Shown here piece by piece: positions 1-10,017 of a DNA stretch of 64,000 nt (the stretch's first letter is position 1; every line of letters begins with the position of its first letter). This DNA is from Methylococcaceae bacterium. Its GTDB lineage: Bacteria > Pseudomonadota > Gammaproteobacteria > Methylococcales > Methylomonadaceae. A model generated the notes under the pieces. The model had not been told where the DNA came from. It was given only the letters and a program-made list of their open reading frames with translations, and searched no databases. Position numbers and translations under genes: made by a program. The stretch is taken from assembly GCA_030693065.1 (NCBI GenBank), contig JAUYBL010000007.1, forward strand, positions 16,710 to 80,709, given 5' to 3'.

Positions 1-1
1 T

Positions 2-778
2 GTTGTCGGTGTCGAAGCCAGAAAGCTGTTTGAGGATGCGCAAATCATGCTGAAAAAAATCATCAATGAAGAATGGTTAACAGCACGCGCGGTGGTTGGC
101 TTTTTCCCGGCCAACAGCGAGGGCGATGATGTCCTGGTATACACCGACGAATCACGGCAACAAGTGCTGGAAGTGCTGCATCACCTGCGCCAACAAAATA
201 TCAAAGCGCCCGGTCGCCCCAATTTCTGTTTATCAGACTTTATAGCCCCCGCTGATAGCGGTAAAGCTGACTATATCGGCGGTTTTGCCGTCACTACCGG
301 CATAGGCATTGAAGAAAAACTGCAGCAATTCGAACAAGATCACGACGATTACAGTTCTATCATGCTTAAAGCCTTGGCAGACCGTTTGGCAGAAGCTTTT
401 GCAGAATATTTGCACCAAGTCGTGCGTAAAGAATATTGGGGCTATGCGCAAGATGAAGAACACAGTGCCGAGCAGCTAATTCACGAAGCTTATCAAGGTA
501 TACGACCTGCCCCCGGCTATCCCGCCTGCCCCGATCACACCGAAAAAGCCAAGTTGTTCGAGTTGCTCAATGTCACCGAAAACACCAGCATTGAACTCAC
601 CGAAAGCTTTGCAATGTACCCGGCGTCTGCCGTAAGTGGTTGGTATTTTTCACATCCTGAATCCCAATACTTCAACGTCGGTAAAATTGAGCAGGACCAA
701 TTGCAGGATTACGCCAAACGTAAAAACATGGCCGAAGAAGTTGCCGCACGCTGGTTGTCGGCACACTTAAATCATTGA
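2..778 (+). CDS. metH: Methionine synthase (MetH) C-terminal activation-domain portion; the gene is 5'-truncated by the window edge.
   Basis: The reading frame is open from nt 2. The translation VVGVEARKLF..IINEEWLTARAVVGFFPAN..GIRPAPGYPACPDH matches the conserved MetH C-terminal (AdoMet-binding reactivation) domain. Confidence 0.8.
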   Translation, partial: VVGVEARKLFEDAQIMLKKIINEEWLTARAVVGFFPANSEGDDVLVYTDESRQQVLEVLHHLRQQNIKAPGRPNFCLSDFIAPADSGKADYIGGFAVTTGIGIEEKLQQFEQDHDDYSSIMLKALADRLAEAFAEYLHQVVRKEYWGYAQDEEHSAEQLIHEAYQGIRPAPGYPACPDHTEKAKLFELLNVTENTSIELTESFAMYPASAVSGWYFSHPESQYFNVGKIEQDQLQDYAKRKNMAEEVAARWLSAHLNH

Positions 779-779
779 T

Positions 780-1049
780 ATGCATTTATTGTTATTCGGA
801 ACCGCAGGTTGCCATCTTTGCGAGCAAGCAGAAGAAGTTTTGAGCGCCTGCGTTGCGAATGAGAAAAACGTTCTGCTTGAGTTGGTAGATGTTGCCGACG
901 CTGAAAATGAACACTGGCAAGAGCAATACGCGATTCGCATCCCGGTTTTATACCATGCGGACAGCCGGAAAGAATTGGCCTGGCCATTTGATGCTGCAAT
1001 GGTTAATGATTTTATCGCCAGCATAATTGATAACCAGCCTAATCTTTAG
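780..1049 (+). CDS. Small thioredoxin-fold, glutaredoxin-like protein (DUF836-type).
   Basis: 89 aa with a CHLC redox motif near the N-terminus (FGTAGCHLCEQAEEVL). It lies immediately downstream of metH. Confidence 0.55.
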   Translation: MHLLLFGTAGCHLCEQAEEVLSACVANEKNVLLELVDVADAENEHWQEQYAIRIPVLYHADSRKELAWPFDAAMVNDFIASIIDNQPNL

Positions 1050-1203
1050 CCCGACTAAAAGAATAAAACTCAACCAGCACCACCGGTATTAACAACAAAA
1101 TCAACACGGCAATAGCAACAAAAGCCGGGTTGAATACGCCCGCTAGCCAATAAGCACATAATGATGCCAACAATAATCGCATTGGGCTCGGGATTTTAAC
1201 CAT
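1039..1203 (-). CDS. Possible 54-aa single-pass hydrophobic miniprotein.
   Basis: ATG-to-TAG ORF translating MVKIPSPMRLLLASLCAYWLAGVFNPAFVAIAVLILLLIPVVLVEFYSFSRAKD. It overlaps the 3' end of the glutaredoxin-like gene by 11 nt on the opposite strand and is absent from the supplied ORF track (<60 aa). Confidence 0.25.
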   Translation of the reverse strand: MVKIPSPMRLLLASLCAYWLAGVFNPAFVAIAVLILLLIPVVLVEFYSFSRAKD

Positions 1204-1619
1204 GACAAAACTGCCCTCTATAATAAAAAATTTGATTTTATTGCCGGTAGAAAAATAATCCTCCTCAGCAATCCAACATTATCAATGTAGCAATCATAGA
1301 CTTAATTTATAGTGGGGTTTTGCTGGTTTTGTCCGCAAATTAAGATTTGCGGGCTAGTGATTAACAATTAAACATATTGCGTATTCTTTTCAGAAAAACT
1401 GCTTACTTTTTAAACACCCGCTATTTGCGAAAATAATCTCACCTAATCCGCGATATAAACAGGCAATGCGACAGAATGTCACATTGCCTATTTTTTATAT
1501 TTTGTTATCTTGCTTATCCACCTTATAAAAAGTCTAAATCTAATGAAAAATCAATGAGTTTTGTATTTTTCTGTTAGCAGGCGACACTATTTTTCGCCGA
1601 AAACAATCAAGAGCAATAA

Positions 1620-3392
1620 ATGGATATAGATCTCAAGATTCCAAACAAAGTAAAGCTGGTTCACGAGGCCTTGTTGCTTAGGCATACGGTTGAATTCCAA
1701 ATAGACCGGCCGGTACAAGCTTGGCAATGGATGAATCAAACACGCTCAGTACCTGATCAACAAGAATGGGTGCGACCTGAAGTAACAGATGCTTGGTTAC
1801 GATGCCTTGAAGATTATTGTTTGCCCTTGGGTAATTACGCCAATTGGGACAATTATCCCGTTATTGAGGCTGCGGTTGATCATCCCAAACCCGTCAACAA
1901 TATTGAAGAACTGATTAAACAGCTTAGCCACAACTTTCATGTTTTTTTGAAAGAAGCTGGGGTGATGATGGTGCTGACGACTCCGGAAGGCAGATTATTG
2001 TATGTCGCGGGCGAACAGCAGTTCCCAGGATCTTTTATGACTCGAATGCATGTTCAAGGCGCAAATTGGTGTGAGTCAATTCTCGGTAATAACGGCATAG
2101 GCAGTACCGCATTTCTGAAAAAACCGGTCGCATTTCAAGGTATGGAGCATTTTTTAAGTGTACTGCATCCTTTTACTACTGTCGGTTACCCATTACTTGA
2201 TGATGCCGGTGAGTTGATGGCGATTATTGGTTTAGTCAGTGATCATCAAGAAAGCATGAATTCGTTGTTTGCTTTTTTGCATTTGATTTGTGTCTTGGTC
2301 AATACTAATTTGCCGTTAGCGCAAAACACTGCCGCCCAAGAGCGGGTGTTGGAACAAATCCACTTTAATCCCGCCAAGAAAATACAACCTCAACTCAGTA
2401 ATTCTGCTATTTCTGTTGAATTAGACGCGCTCATCAACAAAGCCGTTAAGCTGCAGACGCATAAAATCCCCATTTTAATTACTGGCGAATCAGGTGTGGG
2501 TAAAGACCATTTTGTTGGCTTATTAAAAAATGCCGGCCCCAGAAAAGATGCGCCTTTGATTGCTATTAACTGCGCCTCCATACCTCATGATTTAATTGAA
2601 AGTGAGTTGTTTGGTTATGAATCCGGCAGTTTTACTGGCGCCCGAGCTAACGGTAAGCCAGGCAAATTCATGCTTGCTGACACAGGTATCTTGTTTCTTG
2701 ATGAAATCGGCGATATGAGTTTCGATTTACAATCAACGCTATTACGCGTGCTGGAAACCTCTGAATTTACGCCGGTAGGGGGAAGCAAACCGATTCTGGT
2801 TAATGTACAGGTAGTTGCTGCGACGAATGTGCAATTGCTGGAAGCAGTGGAAGCCGGCCGCTTTCGTCGCGATCTTTACTACCGTTTAAATGGCGCACAA
2901 ATTCATCTTTTACCTCTTCGCGAACGGCCGGATAAAAAAACAATTATTCAGCATATTCTGCAAAGGGAATTAAATGCTATTGCGCCTAATGGTGAGATTG
3001 AAATTTGTCCTGAAGTGCTGTGTTTAATCGCACAACATCCCTGGCCTGGTAACATTCGTCAATTGATTAATGTCATCAGGGCGACCCTTTATACCGCCAG
3101 CAGTCAGCTCATTACCGTTAAAGACCTGCCCGTTGATTTCGTCGCGGAACTCAAACAATTTGGCTCTCCCGATGCCCCGGCAATTAACTCAGCGCTGCAT
3201 CCCCCACTAATTGATAATTCGCCGGTAATGAGCTTAACAGCCTGGGAGTTGCATGGCATCAAAACCGCCTTAAAAGACTGCGAAGGCAATATTTCCATGG
3301 CAGCAAAGAAATTAGGTATAACCCGGACCACACTTTATAAAAAAATGGATCGTTTTGGTCTTAACAGGGAAGGTGATGGTTTATTTGCCTGA
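1620..3392 (+). CDS. Sigma-54-dependent transcriptional activator (bacterial enhancer-binding protein) with an N-terminal sensory (GAF-like) domain, an AAA+ core and a C-terminal HTH.
   Basis: Walker A GESGVGKD, the GAFTGA-type motif ESELFGYESGSFTGA, Walker B/arginine-finger region FLDEIGDM..RVLE, and a C-terminal Fis-type HTH (ISMAAKKLGITRTTLYKKM). Confidence 0.85.
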   Translation: MDIDLKIPNKVKLVHEALLLRHTVEFQIDRPVQAWQWMNQTRSVPDQQEWVRPEVTDAWLRCLEDYCLPLGNYANWDNYPVIEAAVDHPKPVNNIEELIKQLSHNFHVFLKEAGVMMVLTTPEGRLLYVAGEQQFPGSFMTRMHVQGANWCESILGNNGIGSTAFLKKPVAFQGMEHFLSVLHPFTTVGYPLLDDAGELMAIIGLVSDHQESMNSLFAFLHLICVLVNTNLPLAQNTAAQERVLEQIHFNPAKKIQPQLSNSAISVELDALINKAVKLQTHKIPILITGESGVGKDHFVGLLKNAGPRKDAPLIAINCASIPHDLIESELFGYESGSFTGARANGKPGKFMLADTGILFLDEIGDMSFDLQSTLLRVLETSEFTPVGGSKPILVNVQVVAATNVQLLEAVEAGRFRRDLYYRLNGAQIHLLPLRERPDKKTIIQHILQRELNAIAPNGEIEICPEVLCLIAQHPWPGNIRQLINVIRATLYTASSQLITVKDLPVDFVAELKQFGSPDAPAINSALHPPLIDNSPVMSLTAWELHGIKTALKDCEGNISMAAKKLGITRTTLYKKMDRFGLNREGDGLFA

Positions 3393-3505
3393 TGCGCTGC
3401 GACAACCTGTCGCGCGGCAATATGCCACATTTTGTTAGCGGAAGTAGCCTTGTAAAATAGCTGCAACTCTTAAATACACAGCCTCCTAAAGGATACAGAG
3501 TTTTT

Positions 3506-4165
3506 TCAACGACTAATTTTATTAGTCGTTTTTTTTTGCCCCAATTTTGGTGACTTTGCTTTTACTGAGCTTATTTGCTTTTGGTAAATATTAAAAGCTC
3601 TAACGGTGAGCAACATGGTCACTACAACCGCATAAATTAGCGGTTGCGTGTAATCCTTTTTGACCAACCAAAAGTAATGCACTAACGCCGTAATGGCTGC
3701 TGCATATACTGATCGATGTAATACCAACCAATATCGACCAAAACGTTTTTGCATCGATTTCGTTGATGTCAGCGCCAAAGGTAATAGCAATAAGTAGGTA
3801 ACTAACCCAGCCAATATATATGGGCTTTTTGGCACTTCATCGATGAATGCCGTCCAGGATAACGATAAGTCCAGTACTACGTAGACCAACAAATGCAAAC
3901 TGGCGTAGAAAAATGCAAACAGCCCCATCATCCGCCGAAAGCGAACAGGCCAAGATTGCCCGGTAATAATTTTTATCGGCGTTAATGCCAGACCGATACA
4001 TAAAAATCGCAGCGCCCAATCGCCAAAACCAAAATGCAGCGTTTCTATCGGATTTGCGCCTAATTGATCGTCAATGCCAGCAAAAAATAATTCGAAGAAA
4101 GGTAATAAGCTAAGCGTAAAAACCAGCAATTTAATAACTGCCCAATGTTGTTTGTTAAACAACAT
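3506..4165 (-). CDS. msrQ: Protein-methionine-sulfoxide reductase heme-binding membrane subunit MsrQ (YedZ-like).
   Basis: 219-aa polytopic membrane protein with conserved His residues, immediately downstream of and overlapping the MsrP gene. Confidence 0.75.
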   Translation of the reverse strand: MLFNKQHWAVIKLLVFTLSLLPFFELFFAGIDDQLGANPIETLHFGFGDWALRFLCIGLALTPIKIITGQSWPVRFRRMMGLFAFFYASLHLLVYVVLDLSLSWTAFIDEVPKSPYILAGLVTYLLLLPLALTSTKSMQKRFGRYWLVLHRSVYAAAITALVHYFWLVKKDYTQPLIYAVVVTMLLTVRAFNIYQKQISSVKAKSPKLGQKKTTNKISR

Positions 4166-5109
4166 TAAAAAAACTTAGCTAAATCCATATCGGAATAGAG
4201 ACTGGCGACTTGCTCGCCGTAACCGTTAAATTTTTCTGTCTCGCGCTTGGGGGCAAAAATACTCGAGCCCAACACGCGTTCTCGACTCTGGCTCCAGCGC
4301 GGATGCGGAACCTCCGGGTTGACGTTGGCATAAAAACCATATTCTCCGGGGCCACTCTTATTCCATGCGGTTGCCGGCATGGTTTCGGTGAATTCAATTT
4401 TGACGATTGCCTTAATGCTTTTGAAGCCGTATTTCCAAGGCACTATTAACCGCAATGGCGCGCCATTTTGATTTGGCAGTGTGTCGCCATACATGCCGGT
4501 GGCTAAAATGGCTAACGGATGCATGGCTTCATCCATACGCAAGCCTTCTACATAAGGCCATTCCAGCACATGAGCGCGCTGCCCAACCATGATGTCCGGG
4601 TTGTAAAGTGTGGTGAATTGAACGAATTTTGCTTTTGAGGTGGGTTTGAATTTTTTCAGCATTTCACCCAGCGGGAAACCGACCCATGGTACGACCATCG
4701 ACCAAGCCTCGACGCAGCGAAAGCGATAAATTCGCTCTTCTACCGGGTTGGCTTGCAAAATATCTTCTAGATGATATTTTCCTGGGTTTTCAGTTTCACC
4801 ACTCACTTCGACGGTCCAAGGGCTAGTAGTTAAGCCCCGAGCTAATAATGACGAATCTTGTTTGTTGGTGGAAAACTCATAGTAATTGGTATAACTGATT
4901 GCGTCTGCACGATCAGTGATGGCGGCCGTGGTTGAAAGCGTGCTACGGGTAATATTGGCATATTTACCAGCTTCAGCCCGACTCACCTCCGGTAATAATG
5001 CACTGGCTGAAAGCACGCTGGCGGCTTTAATAAATTGCCTCCGGGATTCAAATACTGCTTGATCGGTTATTTCGTGACTTGCGATTTCCGTTTTACTTTT
5101 GATTAACAT
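4165..5109 (-). CDS. msrP: Periplasmic molybdopterin-dependent methionine sulfoxide reductase catalytic subunit MsrP (YedY-like).
   Basis: Tat-type signal (SRRQFIKAASVLSASALL) followed by a sulfite-oxidase-family Moco-binding domain. Operonic with msrQ. Confidence 0.8.
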   Translation of the reverse strand: MLIKSKTEIASHEITDQAVFESRRQFIKAASVLSASALLPEVSRAEAGKYANITRSTLSTTAAITDRADAISYTNYYEFSTNKQDSSLLARGLTTSPWTVEVSGETENPGKYHLEDILQANPVEERIYRFRCVEAWSMVVPWVGFPLGEMLKKFKPTSKAKFVQFTTLYNPDIMVGQRAHVLEWPYVEGLRMDEAMHPLAILATGMYGDTLPNQNGAPLRLIVPWKYGFKSIKAIVKIEFTETMPATAWNKSGPGEYGFYANVNPEVPHPRWSQSRERVLGSSIFAPKRETEKFNGYGEQVASLYSDMDLAKFF

Positions 5110-5145
5110 GTCATCCTCTGCATTTGCAATCTTACTGTCAGCAAG

Positions 5146-5388
5146 TTATTCCACAGAGTGTTTCAGGGCGCAATATAAATCTTCAACTTCTTTTCTGGCC
5201 CAAGGTGTTTTTCTTAAGAATTTGAGGCTCGATTTAATGCTGGGCTCGTTGTTAAAACAACGAATATCAACAAGTCGGCCTAATTTTGGCCAGCCATAAA
5301 CGACAACAAGCTCGGTCACTACAGCTTCCAGCGTTACACCATGCAATGGATCTTTGGCTTGCTGATTTGTATCAGTCTTCCCGCTCAT
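5146..5388 (-). CDS. DUF2132-family small conserved protein.
   Basis: [18 protein letters not shown]....I.CF...[24 protein letters not shown] matches the DUF2132 signature. The start is placed at the internal Met (MSGKTD); the longer ORF (to 5454) would overlap the RIO kinase gene. Confidence 0.45.
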   Translation of the reverse strand: MSGKTDTNQQAKDPLHGVTLEAVVTELVVVYGWPKLGRLVDIRCFNNEPSIKSSLKFLRKTPWARKEVEDLYCALKHSVE

Positions 5389-6214
5389 AGCGCCTCCGAA
5401 TGGCGTCATCTCTAGCATCGTTAATTTCGCGCATGATGCCGCGAAGATCGGCACGTTTAGTATTGTCTTTGAAATGGCCGGTTAATTTGACCTCAGGCGT
5501 CAACAGCCCACTTTGGTAAAGCTTCCAGATTTCTTTACCGTATTGGGTAGTTAATAACTCCGGGGCAAACTGTCCAAAATAGTCGGCCAGATTTTTGACA
5601 TCACGCTCCAACATATTTGCAGCATTATTGTTGGCTGCCGCATCCACCGCTTGGGGCAAATCGATGATCACCGGACCATGCTCATCAAGCAGAATGTTGT
5701 ATTCAGAAAGATCACCATGAACGATGCCCGCACAAAGCATTTTGACCACTTCTTTAATCAGAAGCCCATGGTATTCCAACGCTTGTTCTTTAGTTAAATC
5801 AAGGTCGTTAAGCCGTGGCGCGGCGTTACCATCCTGATCGGTGACCAGTTCCATCAGCAAGACGCCACCAACAAAATTGTACGGTTTGGGTACTCGCACG
5901 CCTGCAGCAGCAAGTCGATATAAGGCATCAACTTCAGCGTTTTGCCAGACTTCTTCTTGTTGCTTACGTCCAAAGCTAGTGCTTTTTTCCATAGCTCGCG
6001 CCTGGCGACTATTTCGTACTTTGCGTCCTTCTTGGTATAGCGCTTGTTTATGGAAGCCACGTTTATTGGCTTCTTTATAAACCTTCGCGCAGCGAATCTC
6101 GCCTTCGGAACGAACGACATACACAGCGGCTTCCTTACCACTTTTTAAGGGTCGGAGCACTTCATCAACCAAGCCATCGTGTACCAGTGGCTCGATACTT
6201 TTGGGTGTTTTCAT
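5372..6214 (-). CDS. RIO1-family atypical serine protein kinase.
   Basis: ATP-binding lysine context ([15 protein letters not shown]), catalytic loop [13 protein letters not shown] and metal-binding IIDLPQAVD are typical of RIO kinases. Confidence 0.75.
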   Translation of the reverse strand: MKTPKSIEPLVHDGLVDEVLRPLKSGKEAAVYVVRSEGEIRCAKVYKEANKRGFHKQALYQEGRKVRNSRQARAMEKSTSFGRKQQEEVWQNAEVDALYRLAAAGVRVPKPYNFVGGVLLMELVTDQDGNAAPRLNDLDLTKEQALEYHGLLIKEVVKMLCAGIVHGDLSEYNILLDEHGPVIIDLPQAVDAAANNNAANMLERDVKNLADYFGQFAPELLTTQYGKEIWKLYQSGLLTPEVKLTGHFKDNTKRADLRGIMREINDARDDAIRRRYERED

Positions 6215-7219
6215 GAACGCCTTTTATGTTGAATTTGTTGACACCAGGGCGACGACGAGCCTAGACCGCTAATAAAGCAGGTTCTTAAAAATAGCCGCTT
6301 GTGGACGATTCCCACTCCACTGCTATGGCTTTGTAAGTATAAATGACCATTTAAATTCAATTTGTGTAGCCTCATAGGGTTAATCGAACGTTAAAGTACT
6401 TGTCCGATTAAGCACATTTTATCCTATCGTCATTTAAAATTCGTGCTCGCTGATCAACATTCTGGTGAGGACGTGGTTTAGCGGAACAATTTAAAAATAA
6501 TCCACAGTTGGTGTTTCTGTCGCTAGAAGGTGTGTTGGTACTTGAATGATCGGCGCCCTTCCCTTGGTAACGCAACCATATGGAGAATCCGCGACCCGAG
6601 AGCACTTCGTCAAACTTGGCCCGGACGGAACGCTGGTAACAATACGAGGCGGGTCAATGACTCCACGACGAAGGATCGCCATTTTTCAAAGGATTCACCG
6701 CGTAATGCTGGCGTCTAATTCGAAGTTCATCCATTAGACATTTTCGGCTAAGGCGGGCTTACATTGCGGCCTTAGGGTTTGCAACTTGTCATCAATATTT
6801 TGGCAACCTTTAGATTTAACGTTATCACTAAGAGCCCTGCATCTTGCAAAGCGTCAAACCTAAGCTAAACGCCGTAGTCGCTTCTCAGAAAAATTCGGTT
6901 CGCCAATAAGTTAAGCCATTTAATTTAACTCATCTCGGTTTAAATCCGCCCTTCAGGCATTAGTGCCAATACTCCGTGTGAGCTAAAAATTTTTATTAGC
7001 GATTCTAAACTTATACTAGAAATGATCTAAAAATTAGCTTAGCATATGTAAAAATGTGATGCGCATCACATTATACATCTTTCCAAGTTAGTAATTTGTC
7101 TTGACAATGTGGTTTTTACCTTTTCTGTGTTAGCTATTTTTCGATCAAAAATTGAAAGCCGCAGACCCCGAAACCTGTCTAGTTCAAATCGTTATAAAAC
7201 ATTTAAACTCAATTTTTTG

Positions 7220-8317
7220 ATGAAAAAAATCCTTTGTGTAGTAGGTACGCGTCCGGAAGCCATTAAAATGGCGCCGGTGATTTTAGCGCTAAAAAAAGAA
7301 CCGTGGGCAAATGTAAGAGTACTGGCAACCGCCCAGCACCGCCACATGCTCGATCAGGTATTGAATTTCTTCAATATTACTCCTGACATCGACCTGAATA
7401 TCATGCGTCCCAATCAGGCACTCACCACTTTAACTGCTCGTTTATTGTTAGAAATGGACGACGTATTGTTGAGCGAAAAGCCTGATGTCGTGCTAGTGCA
7501 GGGTGATACCACCACAGTTATGTCCGTCGCACTGGCATGTTTTTATCATCGTATCGCTGTGGGTCATGTCGAGGCCGGCTTACGCACATGGGACATCAAT
7601 AACCCGTTTCCAGAAGAAGCCAATCGAGTCATTGCCGGGCGTTTGGCGCGTTGGCATTTTGCTCCTACCGAAAGCTCCAGACAAAATTTACTGCGCGAAG
7701 GTATTTCGGATCAAGACATATCCGTGACCGGCAATACCGTGATCGATGCATTGCTGATGACGGCTGCCAATGATTTGGAGTTACCTATTGAATTGGACCC
7801 AGCCAAACGTCTGGTATTAATTACCTCACATCGCCGTGAAAATTTTGGCGAGCCGTTCCGGAATATCTGCTTGGCTCTACGGACATTGTCCGAACGCAAT
7901 CCGGAGGTGCAGTTTTTGTACCCGGTTCATCCCAATCCCAACGTCAAAGATGTTGCCTATGAATTGTTGGCCGACAGACCGAATATTATTTTATGCGAAC
8001 CGCTGGATTACGCACCGTTTGTCGCTGCATTGAAACGCGCCTATCTGATTATTAGTGACTCAGGTGGCGTGCAGGAAGAAGCCCCAGCTTTGGGCAAGCC
8101 TGTGTTGGTACTGCGAGATGAAACCGAGCGTCCAGAAGCGGTAGACCAAGGCGTCGTTAAATTAGTTGGCGCCGATTATGATCGTATCGTTAGCGAAGCC
8201 CAGCGATTGTTAGATGACGAAAACGCATACCGGGCCATGGCTCAGGGGATCTCCCCCTACGGTGACGGTCATGGCGCGGAGAGAATAGCCAAAATACTTA
8301 GGGACTATTTTTCCTAA
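7220..8317 (+). CDS. wecB: UDP-N-acetylglucosamine 2-epimerase (non-hydrolysing, WecB/MnaA type).
   Basis: MKKILCVVGTRPEAIKMAPVI N-terminus, ..HVEAGLRT.., ..SDSGGVQEEAP.. Start taken at the internal ATG (7220) with canonical N-terminus; the ORF-track start (7109) adds a non-homologous leader. Confidence 0.85.
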   Translation: MKKILCVVGTRPEAIKMAPVILALKKEPWANVRVLATAQHRHMLDQVLNFFNITPDIDLNIMRPNQALTTLTARLLLEMDDVLLSEKPDVVLVQGDTTTVMSVALACFYHRIAVGHVEAGLRTWDINNPFPEEANRVIAGRLARWHFAPTESSRQNLLREGISDQDISVTGNTVIDALLMTAANDLELPIELDPAKRLVLITSHRRENFGEPFRNICLALRTLSERNPEVQFLYPVHPNPNVKDVAYELLADRPNIILCEPLDYAPFVAALKRAYLIISDSGGVQEEAPALGKPVLVLRDETERPEAVDQGVVKLVGADYDRIVSEAQRLLDDENAYRAMAQGISPYGDGHGAERIAKILRDYFS

Positions 8318-8416
8318 CGTCAAACTGCCCGACAGTCACGCTGTAGTCATAAAACCCTGACATTATTTGGAAATCATTCGCTAAGGCCCGTGCCGAGCTA
8401 GCTTTACAAATATACG

Positions 8417-10015
8417 ATGTTGATTGCAGCCCTGAATACCATTTCCAATCACTCTTTAAATCTAAACAAAAATAAACATTTTTATATGTCTGCTTCGATA
8501 TACAAATTAGTAGCGTTGCCATTGTCAAAATTCCACAGATGGGCCTTTCTTGCGGTATTTTCCGCTGTTGCCTTATATACGCACTTTGGCAGTCGAAGCC
8601 TGGAGGCATTTAGCTCAGTCTTGCCGATTAATCTGCCAGCCATCGTTGGGGACTTGGCACTCGGCGAACGTATTTTTGGCATATTCGGATATTTCGCATC
8701 CATACTGCCGCATGCCTTACCGGAGCTTCAGTTCAGCGTCTCTTGGCTCGTCAATATTTTTATATCGCTATTTCTACTGATCCTGCTGCTGTTATTTTTC
8801 TATACCGTTCGTCATTATCATTTCACGCTGAATCGTTTATTCGGTCATCAGCGCCATCCTTATATCGATATCGATTCGGCTGACTGGCCGAAGATCACTA
8901 TTTTTATCGCGGCCCATAATGAGGAAGCGGTCATCGCAGGTTGTCTCGAAGCCTTACTGGAGGTGGATTATCCAGCCGATAAAATCCTGCTGATGCCTCT
9001 TAATGATCGCTCAACCGACCGGACACGAGAAATCATCGACGAATTTGTTAGTCAATATCCCGGCAGGATTCAGCCTTTTCACCGAACCAGCGGCAAACCC
9101 GGCAAGGCCGCAGCGCTTAAAGATGCCACCGAATTGGTCGACACTGACATTATTATCGTCTTTGACGCAGACTATGTGCCAGCCAAAGGGCTAATCAAGC
9201 ATCTCGTGGCGCCGTTTTTTGATCCTGAAGTCGGCGCTGTGATGGGACGCGTCGTGCCTCAAAACGTCAGCTCCAGCTTGCTCACCCGTTTGCTTGATTT
9301 AGAACGTTCCGCCGGTTATCAGGTGGACCAGCAGGCGCGGATGAATATGGGCTTAGTACCCCAGTACGGCGGAACAGTGGGTGGTATTCGTCTTCGAGCC
9401 TTAGAGAGTTCTGGCGGCTGGCATGACGATGTGTTGGCGGAAGACACCGACCTGACCATTCGATTTTTGCTCAACAATTGGAAAACAGTGTATCAAAACC
9501 GGGCCGAATGTTACGAGGAAGTGCCCGAAGAATGGCCGGCCAGGGTTAAGCAGATAAAACGCTGGGCAAAAGGACACAACCAAGCGTTATATCGGCATTT
9601 TCGCAAAATCTTGTTTATGTCCGGACTCAAGCCTCAAGAAAAACTTGATGCCATGGCGCTACTCGGCGTTTATGCCATGTCGCCTCTGCTGATTTTCGGC
9701 TGGGTAATTGGCATCGTGCTTTATTATTGCAATCTCAGCCCGATACCCGATTTAGCGCTGAGTTTGTTCGCAATGTCGGCGTTTAGCGTGTTGGGGAATT
9801 TTGCGGCTTTCTTTGAAATCGCCGCGGCGGTTTACTTGGATGGAAGCCAGCAGCGTATTCGGCTCTTGCCCTTCACCGTGATCGGTTTTTTGATCAGCAT
9901 GACGTCGATTTCCATGGCCACTCTGGAGATGATGGCCGATTCAGTCCGCTTGAATCCCCGCGAATTGAAATGGGATAAAACTCCACGTTACCGCAAAGTT
10001 GAGGTGGATGCCTAA
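8417..10015 (+). CDS. Integral-membrane processive family-2 glycosyltransferase (cellulose/chitin/PNAG-synthase-like beta-glycan synthase).
   Basis: N-terminal TM helices, a GT-A core with ITIFIAAHNEE, DxD (IVFDADY), AEDTDL and the processive-synthase Q-x-x-R-W motif (QIKRWAKG), and several C-terminal TM helices. The start is uncertain (8417 or the internal Met at 8486). Confidence 0.75.
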   Translation: MLIAALNTISNHSLNLNKNKHFYMSASIYKLVALPLSKFHRWAFLAVFSAVALYTHFGSRSLEAFSSVLPINLPAIVGDLALGERIFGIFGYFASILPHALPELQFSVSWLVNIFISLFLLILLLLFFYTVRHYHFTLNRLFGHQRHPYIDIDSADWPKITIFIAAHNEEAVIAGCLEALLEVDYPADKILLMPLNDRSTDRTREIIDEFVSQYPGRIQPFHRTSGKPGKAAALKDATELVDTDIIIVFDADYVPAKGLIKHLVAPFFDPEVGAVMGRVVPQNVSSSLLTRLLDLERSAGYQVDQQARMNMGLVPQYGGTVGGIRLRALESSGGWHDDVLAEDTDLTIRFLLNNWKTVYQNRAECYEEVPEEWPARVKQIKRWAKGHNQALYRHFRKILFMSGLKPQEKLDAMALLGVYAMSPLLIFGWVIGIVLYYCNLSPIPDLALSLFAMSAFSVLGNFAAFFEIAAAVYLDGSQQRIRLLPFTVIGFLISMTSISMATLEMMADSVRLNPRELKWDKTPRYRKVEVDA

Positions 10016-10017
10016 TC

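Noticed and set aside
233-463. A 76-aa antisense ORF inside metH. The same applies to many other 60-115-aa antisense or offset ORFs in the track, e.g. 767-1024, 2390-2581, 3104-3331, 5841-6141, 12230-13025, 17446-18887, 30171-30485, 30898-31306, 35016-35616, 36092-36908, 37122-38529, 40128-41615, 43974-45984, 46545-46953 and 59117-59549.
   Set aside because: Each is wholly embedded in a longer ORF with clear homology on the other strand or frame. They are low-complexity or GC-skew artefacts with no start-site support.
5372-5454. Long overlap between the DUF2132 ORF (to 5454) and the RIO kinase 3' end.
   Set aside because: Using the internal Met (MSGKTD..., 5388), which matches where DUF2132 homologs begin, reduces the overlap to 17 nt, an ordinary short overlap. 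No programmed frameshift or dual-coding is indicated.
6470-6780. Candidate tmRNA (ssrA), RNase P RNA, 6S RNA or 4.5S RNA in the gene-free region.
   Set aside because: Compared by eye, on both strands, with E. coli consensus 5'/3' ends, the tag-peptide reading frame and the conserved P4/GNRA blocks. Only short chance matches (for example CTTCGTCGTGG, GCCCGGAC) and no acceptor-like ends, so no RNA-gene call is made.
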